This document shows, one piece after another, positions 28,243 through 38,950 of a stretch of 64,000 nucleotides of DNA. The notes under the pieces were generated by a model. It was not told where the DNA came from, made no database searches, and was given only the letters and a program-made list of their open reading frames with translations. Origin of the DNA: a plasmid; sequence record CP104424.1; one strand, 5' to 3'. The translations under genes were made by a program, and so were the position numbers. How positions within the stretch are numbered: the stretch's first letter is position 1; every line of letters begins with the position of its first letter.

Positions 28243-29445
28243 TCAGAAGGTGAACTGTAACTGAGCAATGGCACCGTAGTTGTTGTCGGTGCCCACGAGG
28301 CCGGCGACATCAATGTGAATCACATCAAACGGTGAGAGCCCAATCCCGGCAGTGAATGCACTGCCGTTGTTGCTGACCAGATTCTGGCGGTAACCGGTAC
28401 GTAACTGTGCCCATTTCCAGGCATTAAACTCAGCACCAACGGCGGCAAACTGACGTTTGCTGTCTGATGTGAAGCCGCTGGCCGGGGTCAGATCCACATC
28501 CAGTGCCGTGGTGAACATGTCGTTGTGCCATGATACGCCGGTCGTTACCTGCGGACGGATCCTGAAGGTTTCAGTGACACCATGTACCTCTTTGGTCTCA
28601 ATGCTGCGTGGGATCAGGTTCTGTGCGACCAGACCCAGCGTCCAGTTGTCATCCAGGTCCATGCTGGCACCGATATCAGCGTTAATACCGTTTTGGGTGT
28701 TGTGGTAACGGTCACCTTTGAATGCGCTGCTGTCATAGTTTTTTATCAGCGTATTGTAGTTAAACAGGTCAACACGCTGGAATTTTGGTGTGAAGCCCAG
28801 TGACCATTTTTGTCCGGCCGTTTCCAGTTCAGTGGCCAGCGCAACGCCCACATCGGTGATCAGTGCGGCACGGGCAAAAGCCTGTGAGGTCAGTCTGTTT
28901 TTATCCACATCCTGGCTGCCACTGTCTGCAATGCTTTCCAGATAGTTCAGGTCGGCATCGCTGACTTTACCGTCGACGCTGACAGTCCCGAACGTTTTCA
29001 GCATCAGTGCAGCAGCGAGGGTATCACCGGGAAGGGCCGCCACAGCAGATACCCCGGCCTGTGCGCTGGCATGGGTGTTCCGGAAGTCCTGCAGTCTCTC
29101 TTTCAGGCGGGCCGCTGTCTGCGGTACCCCGGAGTGGCTGTCGACGGCACGGTCGAAGGCTTTCCAGTCATCGCTGATTTTGTCGGCGTTGTCGGCGATA
29201 TTACCCGGATCGGACAGCTGCGCACCCACGGACGGAAGCAGAAGACTGAAGTCATCTTTTGCACCGGATTTTGTCAGCAGTGCCGGGTTTGCCAGTGGGG
29301 CCACACCATAGTGAGAGGAGGCAACCCCCGTTCCTCCCATCGCATCATTGCGGGCTTCAAAATATGACGTTGCTGCAGTCGAATTAAAGGAAAATAAAAC
29401 GGCAGACGCGATGAGAGTACGGGTAATATGCTTTTTCATCATCAT
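28243..29445 (-). CDS. secreted outer-membrane beta-barrel-like protein (FadL/TodX-like features), 400 aa; transfer-region gene (traG/traF position)
   Basis: Signal peptide, alternating beta-strand pattern, C-terminal ...LQFTF aromatic terminus. Confidence 0.5.
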   Translation of the reverse strand: MMMKKHITRTLIASAVLFSFNSTAATSYFEARNDAMGGTGVASSHYGVAPLANPALLTKSGAKDDFSLLLPSVGAQLSDPGNIADNADKISDDWKAFDRAVDSHSGVPQTAARLKERLQDFRNTHASAQAGVSAVAALPGDTLAAALMLKTFGTVSVDGKVSDADLNYLESIADSGSQDVDKNRLTSQAFARAALITDVGVALATELETAGQKWSLGFTPKFQRVDLFNYNTLIKNYDSSAFKGDRYHNTQNGINADIGASMDLDDNWTLGLVAQNLIPRSIETKEVHGVTETFRIRPQVTTGVSWHNDMFTTALDVDLTPASGFTSDSKRQFAAVGAEFNAWKWAQLRTGYRQNLVSNNGSAFTAGIGLSPFDVIHIDVAGLVGTDNNYGAIAQLQFTF

Positions 29446-29546
29446 TTCAGTTTCCTGTATTGAGGTATTTTGGGTATAACAACAGAGGGCACGGCTGTGC
29501 CATTAAAAACAGTTGGTGTATTATTCCGGTTTATTGCTCAGTATTA

Positions 29547-30368
29547 TTACCAGGGGGATAACGGAACCCTGAATAACGCAGTGGGTAATATTTTTCCTGT
29601 TATCAGATATTCTGCCTGTGCCGGAGTGAGTGTTACGGCGCGAACAGGGATATCCGGAGATATTTTTCGGGCCATCTGAAACCAGCCTTCTTTTTCTATA
29701 TCCATTCTGACCGGATATAACGAAAGTACCGGATAAATAATGGTGTTATTAATTTCTTTTTTCTGCCTGAGCAGAACGCCGCAATATTCTCCGGAATGCG
29801 TTCCGGCAAACGGAAAACCATGCCAGAGAATAATGTCCATATTCTCGCGGGCTGAAATAATCCTGCAGAATATCTCCTGTGTGGCTGGCCAGTCTCCCGG
29901 ACGATACAGTGGATAATGCACCCTGCCGTTCAGCCATTCCGGACTGAGATAAAACCAGTCAGCCAGTGCTGCAAGAATCTCCCCGGTCAGATAGTCAGTG
30001 AGTCTGTCCGGCTCCCGGAAGACGGCAGGGCGGATATTCCAGGGGGCCAGTAATGCAGCCATCGTTGTTGCGCTGATATCATGTGCCTGCATGATGTGCT
30101 CCATCCTGCTGAGAAGACGGCGGACGATGTTATCTGCAGGAAGAAACATTTCACTTAACGCGTCTTCGACCAGGATACGTGTCAGGTCAGAGACGGAAAG
30201 AGAAAGCTGTTCGCTCATGATACCAAGGGCATCCCTGACTCCCTGCGGATAACGAACCTGCAGGGGTGTGGACTGCAGCTGGCGATGACTGAGCAGGCAT
30301 TCGCAAATTCGCTCCCTGTCCAGGGAGAGCATCATACGGGCGGCAATACCTGTGCTGTCAGTTTTCAT
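29547..30368 (-). CDS. hypothetical cytoplasmic transfer-region protein, 273 aa (traE/traF position)
   Basis: ORF and position between rci and the tra block. Confidence 0.45.
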   Translation of the reverse strand: MKTDSTGIAARMMLSLDRERICECLLSHRQLQSTPLQVRYPQGVRDALGIMSEQLSLSVSDLTRILVEDALSEMFLPADNIVRRLLSRMEHIMQAHDISATTMAALLAPWNIRPAVFREPDRLTDYLTGEILAALADWFYLSPEWLNGRVHYPLYRPGDWPATQEIFCRIISARENMDIILWHGFPFAGTHSGEYCGVLLRQKKEINNTIIYPVLSLYPVRMDIEKEGWFQMARKISPDIPVRAVTLTPAQAEYLITGKILPTALFRVPLSPW

Positions 30369-30580
30369 TTCACCTCCATGCGGGTCAGCGTGTTTTGTTC
30401 ATAAATTGAGTCTAAAGAGAGTGTTTTTTAAACGGAAGCGAGTTATTTCGATCGTTATGATCGAGTGTGTTTCAAGAGTGTTTGCAACTCTGTTTTAAGG
30501 GCGAATGAAAAGGATTCGGACAGGATGACCGTGATTAATTTAACCCGGAAGCAAAAGTTGATTTTCATTCTGATATGCCT

Positions 30581-31735
30581 TCAGTTTGTTAACGGACAAA
30601 TCATGACCCGTTCATCAATGTTTGCGGGTAGCTCGCCTGGCGTGGGAACGCGTTCACCCCGCTGAGCCGCCTGTGCCAGTGTGCGCAGCAACAATACGCT
30701 GGCATGAGATATAGCCAGTTCCCGGGTTTCTGCACGGGTTTCAAGGTCGAAATCGTGCAGTGTCACGACAAACAGCCCGTTTCTGCACCCGACAGTTGCA
30801 GGGTAGGGAACAAAATAAGGGGAAATTTTGCTGGTCTGTTTACGCTTGGCATCGAGTTTGCTGACCAGCTGATATGCCCGGAGATGCGTGTACCGTTTTA
30901 ACATGTTCAGGGAGCGGTGGCCTGAAATAGCGGCAACTTCAATGACATTCAATGTACCAAGTTCGAAAAATCGGCTGATGGCTTCATGACGGAGATCGTG
31001 AAAATGCAGATTTTCTATTTTCAGGTCCAGAAGTGCGGTACGCCAGGCGCTTTTGAAACCGGATGAGGTGTAACTGAACACATTGCCGTTTATCTGTTGT
31101 GGCAGAATTTGCAGGTAGTTGCGAGCTTTCCGGGAGAGTGGGACATCGCGTGGTAAACCATTTTTCGTTTCAGGAAGATGCGCCACTCCGTGCTGCAAAT
31201 CGAGGTGTTCCCAGCGTAATGTGAGGATTTCCCCCTGTCGCATTGCTGTTTCCAGGGCCAGATGGAAGATAACGTAGAGCTGCTGATTTTTATCTCTGAA
31301 ATAGCGGGAGAGTCGGCGTTCTTCGCCAGAAGTCAGGCGACGATCGCGTCCACTACTGATTTTGGGTTTTCGGACCAGTTCAACAGGATTCATACGGCAT
31401 GTCCCCCATTCCACACTGGCGATATTGAATAATGATGATAAAAGAGCAAGTTCAAGACGGACGGTGTTTCCGGTGATTTGACGCCCTGTTCGTGGGTTAA
31501 TTTGAGCCAAACGCTGATCCCGGTAAGTGGCGATATCAACGGTGGTGATTTCATCCATATAGCGCTCGGCCATAGGGTGACGTTTAATCACATTGACGCG
31601 ATAAAACTCCTGCAGATGACCTTTTTTGTGGATGGATACTGTCTTCAGGTATTTGTCCAGCGCCCGGTTGAGAGTCATTTTGCGAATTTTTATTTTTCGA
31701 AACATATCTGCCTTCCACGATAAATCCGAGGAAGG
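30581..31735 (-). CDS. rci: Rci shufflon-specific tyrosine recombinase, about 385 aa from [16 protein letters not shown]
   Basis: Phage-integrase catalytic region (…[11 protein letters not shown]…LKRYTHL…); lies next to the shufflon; the 488-aa track ORF extends 5' into the first sfx repeat. Confidence 0.85.
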   Translation of the reverse strand, partial: PSSDLSWKADMFRKIKIRKMTLNRALDKYLKTVSIHKKGHLQEFYRVNVIKRHPMAERYMDEITTVDIATYRDQRLAQINPRTGRQITGNTVRLELALLSSLFNIASVEWGTCRMNPVELVRKPKISSGRDRRLTSGEERRLSRYFRDKNQQLYVIFHLALETAMRQGEILTLRWEHLDLQHGVAHLPETKNGLPRDVPLSRKARNYLQILPQQINGNVFSYTSSGFKSAWRTALLDLKIENLHFHDLRHEAISRFFELGTLNVIEVAAISGHRSLNMLKRYTHLRAYQLVSKLDAKRKQTSKISPYFVPYPATVGCRNGLFVVTLHDFDLETRAETRELAISHASVLLLRTLAQAAQRGERVPTPGELPANIDERVMICPLTN

Positions 31736-31767
31736 TAGGAATACTGAATCAGAAATGCAATGTCTCT

Positions 31768-31786
31768 GTGCCAATCCGGTATCTGG
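31768..31786 (+). repeat. sfx 19-bp repeat (rci-proximal end)
   Basis: GTGCCAATCCGGTATCTGG. Confidence 0.8.
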
Positions 31787-32241
31787 ACAACGGCAAAAGT
31801 GAACTTCACTACCAGTACGTACAATATCGGGAAAAACACCCGAAATCTGAGCATTGGCGTACATGCGTACTGTTCGTGGACATACCTTAATGGTGCGCCT
31901 TTTGGTGGGTTTCAGCAGGTATACTCCGACCAAAACAAGGTTTGGTATGTGAATAATTATGCGTGGGGAAATTATGAGTCCGGCGGCACAATTACTGTTA
32001 CATGCCTGAATCTTCCTGGTGCTGGGATTTAACCGAAGGGGCAACAATAAGCATCAACGTGTTCCTCATCAACGCCATCACCAATGCCATACATGCGTGT
32101 ACCTGTCATGATAAATCCGGTCGGGCATTGAATGGGTTTGTAGTAGATAGATCCTCCACTTTTCCCGCCAATGAAGTGATTCATTGCTACAGATGATTGA
32201 TACCACTTACAGGCGGAGTAGTTCACTTTATTGCCACCAGA

Positions 32242-32287
32242 CCACCGACCGGATTGGCACTGGCCTCCGTGCCAATCCGGTACGTGG
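32242..32287. repeat. head-to-head sfx pair separated by 8 bp (TGGCCTCC)
   Basis: CCACCGACCGGATTGGCAC-TGGCCTCC-GTGCCAATCCGGTACGTGG. Confidence 0.8.
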
Positions 32288-32460
32288 AGAAGGGCATCAG
32301 GTAGCACTGTTCTGACAGGAAAAATAGCAAATGGACAACAGATCCCATTGCCATCTGGTTTTTCTGCCAGCCAGTGTACCTGGAGTGTCAGTAATGCAGA
32401 AAATCCGCACGGGTGGAAGCCGAATTATTTTGCGGGGTCAGTTGCAACCTATGATGCCAA

Positions 32461-33230
32461 TCGAATTGTGAAATGCGGCTTCTATGACGAATACAACTTT
32501 TATGGCGGTACTCACCGAACTGACCTGTCGGGGAAATGTAGTTACATCGTGGTTTGCCAGTGATAAGTATCGTCACTGGCAAATGGCGTAAACTGTAATG
32601 GAACCATTTTGATCTTCGGTCGTGTCGCAACTGGCAGTCCATGCATTGTTGCCTGAAGGCATGGAACGCGTGAGCCATATAAATCCGGTATTTGATCTGC
32701 ATTGACCGCCTCCACGCAATGACGCTCAATGCTCAGATTTCGGACGTGTTGCCGTTGCCCGAGTATTGCTACGCAGTAGCTGAAGCGGTAACAATTTGGC
32801 TATCACCTGCGCCAATTTTTTTCCACGTACCGGATTGGCACTGGCCTCCGTGCCAATCCGGTGTGGAAAAAAATTGGCGCAGGTGATAGCCAAATTGTTA
32901 CCGCTTCAGCTACTGCGTGGCGTTGGCCTGGAGCAACGGCAACATGTCCATCTGGCAAGAAAGTCATTGGTGGAGGCGGTCAATGCAGATCAAATACCGG
33001 ATTTATATGGCTCACGCGTTCCATGCCTTCAGGCAACAATGCATGGACTGCCAGTTGCGACACGACCGAAGATCAAAATGGTTCCATTACAGTTTACGCC
33101 ATTTTGGCCAGTGACGATACTTATCACTGGCAAACCACGATGTAACTACATTTCCCGACAGGTCAGTTCGGTGAGTACCGCCATAACAAGTTGTATTCGT
33201 CATAGAAGCCGCATTGTCACAGTTCCGATC
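32461..33230. repeat. about 770-bp imperfect palindrome centred on the sfx pair: two about 380-bp inverted arms with a 50-bp divergent patch
   Basis: Reverse complement of 32461..32841 aligns base-for-base with 32850..33230 apart from one 50-bp patch. Confidence 0.75.
32823..32868. repeat. head-to-head sfx pair separated by 8 bp (TGGCCTCC)
   Basis: CCACGTACCGGATTGGCAC-TGGCCTCC-GTGCCAATCCGGTGTGGAA. Confidence 0.8.
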
Positions 33231-33274
33231 ACGGCAAATGACATAGATGCCTTTCCGCAGGAGTTATTGCCGGA

Positions 33275-34480
33275 TCAAAACATGGCAATCGGGCATTCAC
33301 AGCCATGTAAGCTCGGATGTGTTGGCGCATTACCGGCACCGGACACCGACTGGCCGATCAGCAACAGATAGCACATGTGGAGTCTGCTGCCAGTATTTCT
33401 CCCGTTAAATGTTCCCCGGTGAGAACCCAGATTGCTGTAACTTCCGTCAGGTGCACCAATCGTTCGCCACACACCGGATTGGCACGAAAGTATTGCCCCT
33501 TTGCTGTCACGGCCTACAAGTCCATCTGGTGAACACTTTGTATTTGCTACGGCTGTTTTATCCAGCTGTAAATACTCACCTGTGGAAAGGCGACCGTCAG
33601 ACCGGACTGTTCCCCCACTGACTTTTCCTCCTTTGATTTCCCCTGAGGTTATAATTCCTTTACCACCGACTGCGCGTATCCACTGGCTGTCTGTCATCGT
33701 AAAACCGCCACCATAGGTGATGTTCTTCCAGCCTTTATCATTTTTGGTGATTAACCAGCCGTTTTCGCTTGTAACATCACCTTTCAGTGTTGCACTTTGT
33801 CCATTGACGTTTCCTGCATTGTTCAGGTTGTTCCCTCCCATATTGATGGCCGTGTTCATCTGGTTCAGCTCCGGTCGTCCCGGTACCTGAAAGCGATACA
33901 GGCGATCGCTTTCCTGCAGGTCATCACCCATCATTACGATGGCGATGTGCCCGCCATTGCAGCTGAGTCCATAGTCGCCGGGTTTATCTGTCCATCCACC
34001 AAAAACACCGGTTGCTGTGCCATTTTTTCCTATAAATCCGCCCAGACCGGGGAGCAGGCTGGCGATACTGCGCAGGGCATCGTCTTTGATATTCTCCCCT
34101 CCGGTGGAGCAGGTCAGGGCCTCCAGACGACCGGTACTCGTGTTACGACGGATGCCGGTGGTATAACTCTGCCCAAAGGGCGAGCGGTTAAGACCCTTCA
34201 GATATCCTTTCCGGATTAACTCATCCGCCGTGAAGGTGGCAGGAAGCGTTCCGCTATGCAGGCGGGCATTGTTATCGGCGATGTAGGTCCTGGCTGCAGT
34301 ATTGTAGGCATCTGCATGAAATGCGGCGCTCTGGTTGCGCATTTCATTCAGGTAGTCTTCAATGTAAGACCAGAACAGCGGCATGAGCAGGCTGATGACA
34401 ACCAGTCCTCCCAGAATTTCAAGAAGTGCAAAACCTTTATCGTTGTCTTTTTGCATAGTCGTTCCCTCCGGTATTACCAA
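33275..34480 (-). CDS. pilV: PilV, prepilin-like minor pilin/adhesin of the thin pilus (constant region 34480..33486 plus the currently joined shufflon tail), 401 aa
   Basis: Type IV prepilin N-terminus DKG/FALLE (Glu at +5); ORF reads through the 33467 sfx into segment 3. Confidence 0.8.
   Translation of the reverse strand: MVIPEGTTMQKDNDKGFALLEILGGLVVISLLMPLFWSYIEDYLNEMRNQSAAFHADAYNTAARTYIADNNARLHSGTLPATFTADELIRKGYLKGLNRSPFGQSYTTGIRRNTSTGRLEALTCSTGGENIKDDALRSIASLLPGLGGFIGKNGTATGVFGGWTDKPGDYGLSCNGGHIAIVMMGDDLQESDRLYRFQVPGRPELNQMNTAINMGGNNLNNAGNVNGQSATLKGDVTSENGWLITKNDKGWKNITYGGGFTMTDSQWIRAVGGKGIITSGEIKGGKVSGGTVRSDGRLSTGEYLQLDKTAVANTKCSPDGLVGRDSKGAILSCQSGVWRTIGAPDGSYSNLGSHRGTFNGRNTGSRLHMCYLLLIGQSVSGAGNAPTHPSLHGCECPIAMF
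33467..33485 (-). repeat. sfx repeat at the junction with the pilV constant region
   Basis: CCACACACCGGATTGGCAC (reverse orientation) inside the pilV ORF. Confidence 0.8.
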
Positions 34481-35100
34481 AGGCCACCGGGATAAAAAGT
34501 AAATGCGTACTGTGACGCGCAGAGAAACGGCCCAAAGGGAAGTTCTCTGGTAATGCGTCGTTGTCTGTTACACCGCAGATAAAGTAAGGCTCCGCCTGCT
34601 GCCGTTGCGACAATCCAGGGGATGTCTCCCGGCGGGGACCAGATGGCAATACCGGCAATCAGAAAAACATCGCCCAGGCCTATGGTTTCTGTTTTCCTGC
34701 GGTAAGAGGTGTATTGCCTGAACAGAAGCAACAGCAGGAACCAGAACCCTGCACTGCACAGGCCTGTCAGCCAGTCTCCCTGCCAGAGACGAAATGCGCT
34801 GCCGCTTATCAGATACATGATGGTGAAGGGCCGGGGAAGACGGCAGGATGCAGCATCCGTCAGGGTCATCAGTGTCATACATCCGGTCATTATCGTCATA
34901 AACAGCACCCCGACAGCACTGTCATTCTGATAAAGACGCAGGATAATGGCGGCAGCTGCAAGCATCCCGCTCATCAGCGCAAGCCCATGGTGAGGGGGGC
35001 TGGCATTCATCCGGGAGAGTCGATAGCGACTCATCTGAACGGCCAGACACTGTATTACCACGGTTATTGCGACCAGCAGTGCCGGGATCATCTGGAGCAT
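34474..35100 (-). CDS. pilU: PilU, prepilin peptidase-like polytopic membrane protein, 208 aa
   Basis: Multi-TM with conserved Asp residues; position between pilT and pilV. Confidence 0.65.
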   Translation of the reverse strand: MLQMIPALLVAITVVIQCLAVQMSRYRLSRMNASPPHHGLALMSGMLAAAAIILRLYQNDSAVGVLFMTIMTGCMTLMTLTDAASCRLPRPFTIMYLISGSAFRLWQGDWLTGLCSAGFWFLLLLLFRQYTSYRRKTETIGLGDVFLIAGIAIWSPPGDIPWIVATAAGGALLYLRCNRQRRITRELPFGPFLCASQYAFTFYPGGLW

Positions 35101-35115
35101 GGCAGTTCTCCCGGA

Positions 35116-35601
35116 CTAACGTCCCTGCATGTAAGCGCTGTAAATCTGCCGGGCGTATTTCATCCGGCGGTGAGTGTTACTTTTACTGAAGCCGGCGTTA
35201 TAACTGCCGAGGCATTCCCAGTTTACGCCGCATCGCTGAAAATGCCGGGCGAGGATCCATGCTCCGGTCTGAATATTCAGGCAGACATTATTCAACAGAT
35301 CTTTCTCACTCCGGATAATGCCCATTTTTTTCAGCCCGGGAATATGTGTGGAGTTAATCTGCATTATCCCGTAATCGGTACTGATAATTTTTCCTCTGTC
35401 ATTCCTGTTATGATTAATGGCCCGGGGATTCAGACTGCTTTCCCTGCGGGCAATAATTTTGAGTAATCCTGGATCAATGGAATAACGTTTTCCGGCGGTA
35501 ATAAAACAACGATCATATTGTTTGTCCTGTGGGGATGCCTGTGCGGAAGGAAGTGAGCATAACAGTGAAAAAATCACTGTCAGGATAAATAACCTGTTCA
35601 T
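35116..35601 (-). CDS. pilT: PilT, lytic transglycosylase (SLT domain), 161 aa
   Basis: Signal peptide; SLT motifs RRESSLNP and DYGIMQIN. Confidence 0.7.
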   Translation of the reverse strand: MNRLFILTVIFSLLCSLPSAQASPQDKQYDRCFITAGKRYSIDPGLLKIIARRESSLNPRAINHNRNDRGKIISTDYGIMQINSTHIPGLKKMGIIRSEKDLLNNVCLNIQTGAWILARHFQRCGVNWECLGSYNAGFSKSNTHRRMKYARQIYSAYMQGR

Positions 35602-35645
35602 ACAGTGACCTTAAATAAAGCGCCCAGGCGGGCGCTGATGAATGA

Positions 35646-36182
35646 TTAACTGTTGGTTTCCAGTTTGATAGTAGTTTTATCTGCGTTACATACTGTAGAC
35701 GGGTCAACTTTATTCGTCACATTGCCGTTGATTTTTGTAAACATGGATGAACTGCGCAGGCTGGTGACCAGATCAATACAGTTTTTCTTCGGCACATTGC
35801 TGGATTCAATAACGTAGGAGTATTTATCTGAACTGACTTTGATGGTTACCGCACCACCCCAGGCATTTTTCGCCTTATTACCACCGGCGATCATATCGGC
35901 AGGCAGGCCACCACTTTCGGTCAGGATTTTGACGTAGTCAGTACCTGTATACTGCCCCTGGAATTTCTGGGCTTTCATTTTGGTGGCGATTGTCTGCAGG
36001 TTTTTGAGTTCCTTCTGGTTGTCTGAAGAGGACAGGGTATCGGACATAAGTCCCATCACGGCACCAATAACAATGGCAGCGACGACCAGAACACCGAGGA
36101 CTTCCAGCAGGGTCATGCCTTTATCATCGTTCTGAAGGTGACGAATATTATGTTCTGAATACGAACAGGTTATGACGCTCAT
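35646..36182 (-). CDS. pilS: PilS, type IVb prepilin (major thin-pilus subunit), 178 aa
   Basis: Long leader then DKG/MTLLEVLGVLVVAAIVIG with Glu at +5. Confidence 0.8.
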   Translation of the reverse strand: MSVITCSYSEHNIRHLQNDDKGMTLLEVLGVLVVAAIVIGAVMGLMSDTLSSSDNQKELKNLQTIATKMKAQKFQGQYTGTDYVKILTESGGLPADMIAGGNKAKNAWGGAVTIKVSSDKYSYVIESSNVPKKNCIDLVTSLRSSSMFTKINGNVTNKVDPSTVCNADKTTIKLETNS

Positions 36183-36243
36183 ATTAGCTCCTGAGATTGG
36201 TAAAACAGAATTTGGATCGAGGGGAATATAAAGGATGCTGTGT

Positions 36244-37338
36244 TTACTGCTTCAGCATGTCACTGATGCCGTAAATGGCACTGACCATATTGATGATGAA
36301 GAGAAATACCAGCAGACCTGATATAGCAGTAATAATAATGCCGCTTTTTCTGACACTCTTTTTTGCTTCTTCCAGCCAGCGGTCTGCATAAAGCGCCATA
36401 CTGGCAACACTGTCCTCCCTTTCTGAATTTAAAAGAAGATTATTCACACAGGATTTTGACGGAAAGTCATAACCACTGTTTTTCATGGCCAGTGCCAGTG
36501 ACTGACCGGATAAGACATTTTTTCTGATAGCACTTATTCGTGATTTTAACCATCGGTTATGTTCTGCATGTTTTTCTATTCTGGTAAGGGCATGAGATAA
36601 AGGAATATTTATCTGCAGCATGGATGAAATATTAAAAAGGTAATTCACGCCATGGAATGTCTGATACAGGGACCACGGCGGGATGCGATCAAGATACCGT
36701 CGTCGGGGACCTTTATACAGACTGAATGACATCCTGATGAGAATTGCCAGCAGAAGCAGTCCAGCCAGCAGCCACAAACCATAACCGATAACCAGCTCGG
36801 AGGATTTGGCCAGAATGACCATCTGCACTGACCAGCGTTCTTCCGGTGCAAAGGCGCTGATCATCGGAATAACCCGGGTATGAACGTTATACATATTCAC
36901 CACACAGAGCGTCAGCAGGATGAGCGGATAGAGGCAGACACTCACCAGACTGCTAATCATCTCCTGTCGTCCTTTTGCCGTTTTGACAACCTGAAACATG
37001 GCTTCAGCGATATCACCGCGCTCTTCACCGTTACGGATCAGGGCAATTTCATCTTTGGGTACCCAGTCCTTCAGGGCCGGAGAGAGCTGACCACTGCTGC
37101 GTATGCTGGCGATACAGTCTGTCGCCAGAAAATACAGGCCGGACTGCCCTTTCTTTTTACCAAAATCCGTTTCCACATCGCAGATGAACTCCAGTGCCCG
37201 CATAACCGGTGTGCCGTCCCGGATCATGCCTGCAAGGGACTCGTAAAACGTAGTCCGCCTGAACGTCTTTTTGCCCAGCCAGCGGTTAAGGCCGGACAGT
37301 TCCAGTTCCGTATTGTTGAGTCTTTCCAGAATTTTCAT
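36244..37338 (-). CDS. pilR: PilR, GspF/PilC-family inner-membrane platform protein, 364 aa
   Basis: Three TM blocks and the duplicated cytoplasmic domain layout of GspF proteins. Confidence 0.7.
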   Translation of the reverse strand: MKILERLNNTELELSGLNRWLGKKTFRRTTFYESLAGMIRDGTPVMRALEFICDVETDFGKKKGQSGLYFLATDCIASIRSSGQLSPALKDWVPKDEIALIRNGEERGDIAEAMFQVVKTAKGRQEMISSLVSVCLYPLILLTLCVVNMYNVHTRVIPMISAFAPEERWSVQMVILAKSSELVIGYGLWLLAGLLLLAILIRMSFSLYKGPRRRYLDRIPPWSLYQTFHGVNYLFNISSMLQINIPLSHALTRIEKHAEHNRWLKSRISAIRKNVLSGQSLALAMKNSGYDFPSKSCVNNLLLNSEREDSVASMALYADRWLEEAKKSVRKSGIIITAISGLLVFLFIINMVSAIYGISDMLKQ

Positions 37339-37339
37339 A

Positions 37340-38848
37340 TCAGTGCAGCAGCGTATAGCTGTCCTCGTCTACAGGGGATATGTAATGCGCAGCCAGCGGA
37401 TCGACCTGACCACTGTTGATTTTGCCCAGCAGGTGCTGATTTCGTGTCATACCGCCGAGCTCCCGGTGCCAGTAGGTTTTTGCCTCAATCCGGCCTTTTT
37501 CCCGGTAAATCTGGAAAAACTTCGCATCCGGGGAAATCACTTCTGCAATGACGGTCCGGCCGTTCACTCCACGCCAGCAGTGTGGGCAGCCGTTATGGTT
37601 ACGAAGATACACGGCATCGGGCTGGCAGAAGTTTTCCACCAGGCGTCGTTCTTCATCCGTCCGGGAGCTCTCCACCTCATGCCAGGGGAGGCGGCAGTGG
37701 GGACATATCACCTGAACCAGACGCTGGCTGAGCAGGCCGATAAATAACTGCGGATCTGCAATCATCCTTGCCTGAACGCCCTCCATTTCCAGACGCTCAA
37801 GAATATTTATCGGGTCGTTAGCATGAAGGGTGGTCAGCATCAGGTGACCGGTCATGGCGGCTTTTATCGCCGTGATGGCGGAGGCATGGTCACGTATCTC
37901 CCCGTTCAGGATAGCGTCAGGATCAAGGCGCAGGGCGGACTTAACAGAATCGACCCAGCCCTGAGCGGTATCCATAACGGCCGTCTGAATTGCACCGGGG
38001 ATACGCCCCTCTGGTGGTGATTCTATTGTGAACAGACGTCGCCGGGGGAGCAGGATCCCTCCGGTATCGTTGAAGCCATACTGTTCCAGATAGGCGGCAG
38101 AAGCCGTCCTCAGCGTGGTGGATTTTCCGGAACCGGTGGGGCCAGAGAGGATCACGATGCCCTCCGGTCGCTGCAGCATCCTTCGGACAGCGCGCTCCTG
38201 CTCAGGGTGATACCCCAGCATACTGAATGTCGGTATATGCTGACTGTCATCCTTGATCAGACGCAGTACGGCATAGAGCCCGCCCACACACGGATAGTGG
38301 GAGTAGCGTGCACCAAACAGTCCGGCCAGTTTCAGGAATCTTTCAGCCAGACGGGCATCCTGGGGGACACCGGGATCAAACTGTGTTCCCTTTATGACGT
38401 CAGTCATTCCGGAATAGGTGGCCCCCAGTAATTCCAGCCCCTCATCTTTTCTGACGATATCGAGCAGCTCCAGCTCTCCGTGGACACGGGCCTCCAGATA
38501 CGTGAAATCCGTACTGTCACGCCCCGGCGTGATGTGAAGATCTGAGGCGCTGAGGGTGGCCGCATGGCTGATATACCCGAGCATTTTTTGCTGTACGGGG
38601 TTAATTCCGTTTTCCACCCCGGAAATGACCGTCTCCTGCCGGAGTCGGGCGATCACATCAAGTGTGGTGAACTCAAACGGGGATACTTTACCCGGATAGC
38701 GGGAGCACAGGCGGGTCAGATAATCCTGGACGGCACGAAGGTGTTTTTTTCCTTCCACCACTCTGACACGAATTTGTCCTGTTTTATCTGTATCAACAAC
38801 CACGTAATCCAGAATGTCATCAGGTGGCTGGTCTGCAGGTGCCAGCAT
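37340..38848 (-). CDS. pilQ: PilQ, GspE/PilB-family pilus assembly ATPase, 502 aa
   Basis: Walker A LSGPTGSGKSTTL; tetracysteine CPHC...C...CPHC zinc motif. Confidence 0.8.
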   Translation of the reverse strand: MLAPADQPPDDILDYVVVDTDKTGQIRVRVVEGKKHLRAVQDYLTRLCSRYPGKVSPFEFTTLDVIARLRQETVISGVENGINPVQQKMLGYISHAATLSASDLHITPGRDSTDFTYLEARVHGELELLDIVRKDEGLELLGATYSGMTDVIKGTQFDPGVPQDARLAERFLKLAGLFGARYSHYPCVGGLYAVLRLIKDDSQHIPTFSMLGYHPEQERAVRRMLQRPEGIVILSGPTGSGKSTTLRTASAAYLEQYGFNDTGGILLPRRRLFTIESPPEGRIPGAIQTAVMDTAQGWVDSVKSALRLDPDAILNGEIRDHASAITAIKAAMTGHLMLTTLHANDPINILERLEMEGVQARMIADPQLFIGLLSQRLVQVICPHCRLPWHEVESSRTDEERRLVENFCQPDAVYLRNHNGCPHCWRGVNGRTVIAEVISPDAKFFQIYREKGRIEAKTYWHRELGGMTRNQHLLGKINSGQVDPLAAHYISPVDEDSYTLLH

Positions 38849-38950
38849 AAAATCTCCTTACGGGCAGCGGTACCCGGAAACGATTTTTTTGTGATTAAGG
38901 GCCGGGGGAATAATCTGTTCCGACAGCCGCCTGTAAATGGCGGCACTGAG

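Larger units (their letters stand above)
31768..33485. other. shufflon: three invertible segments bounded by six 19-bp sfx repeats, carrying alternative pilV 3' ends
   Basis: sfx copies (GTGCCAATCCGGTnnnTGG) at 31768(+), 32242(-), 32269(+), 32823(-), 32850(+), 33467(-); each segment is flanked by an inverted pair. Confidence 0.85.
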
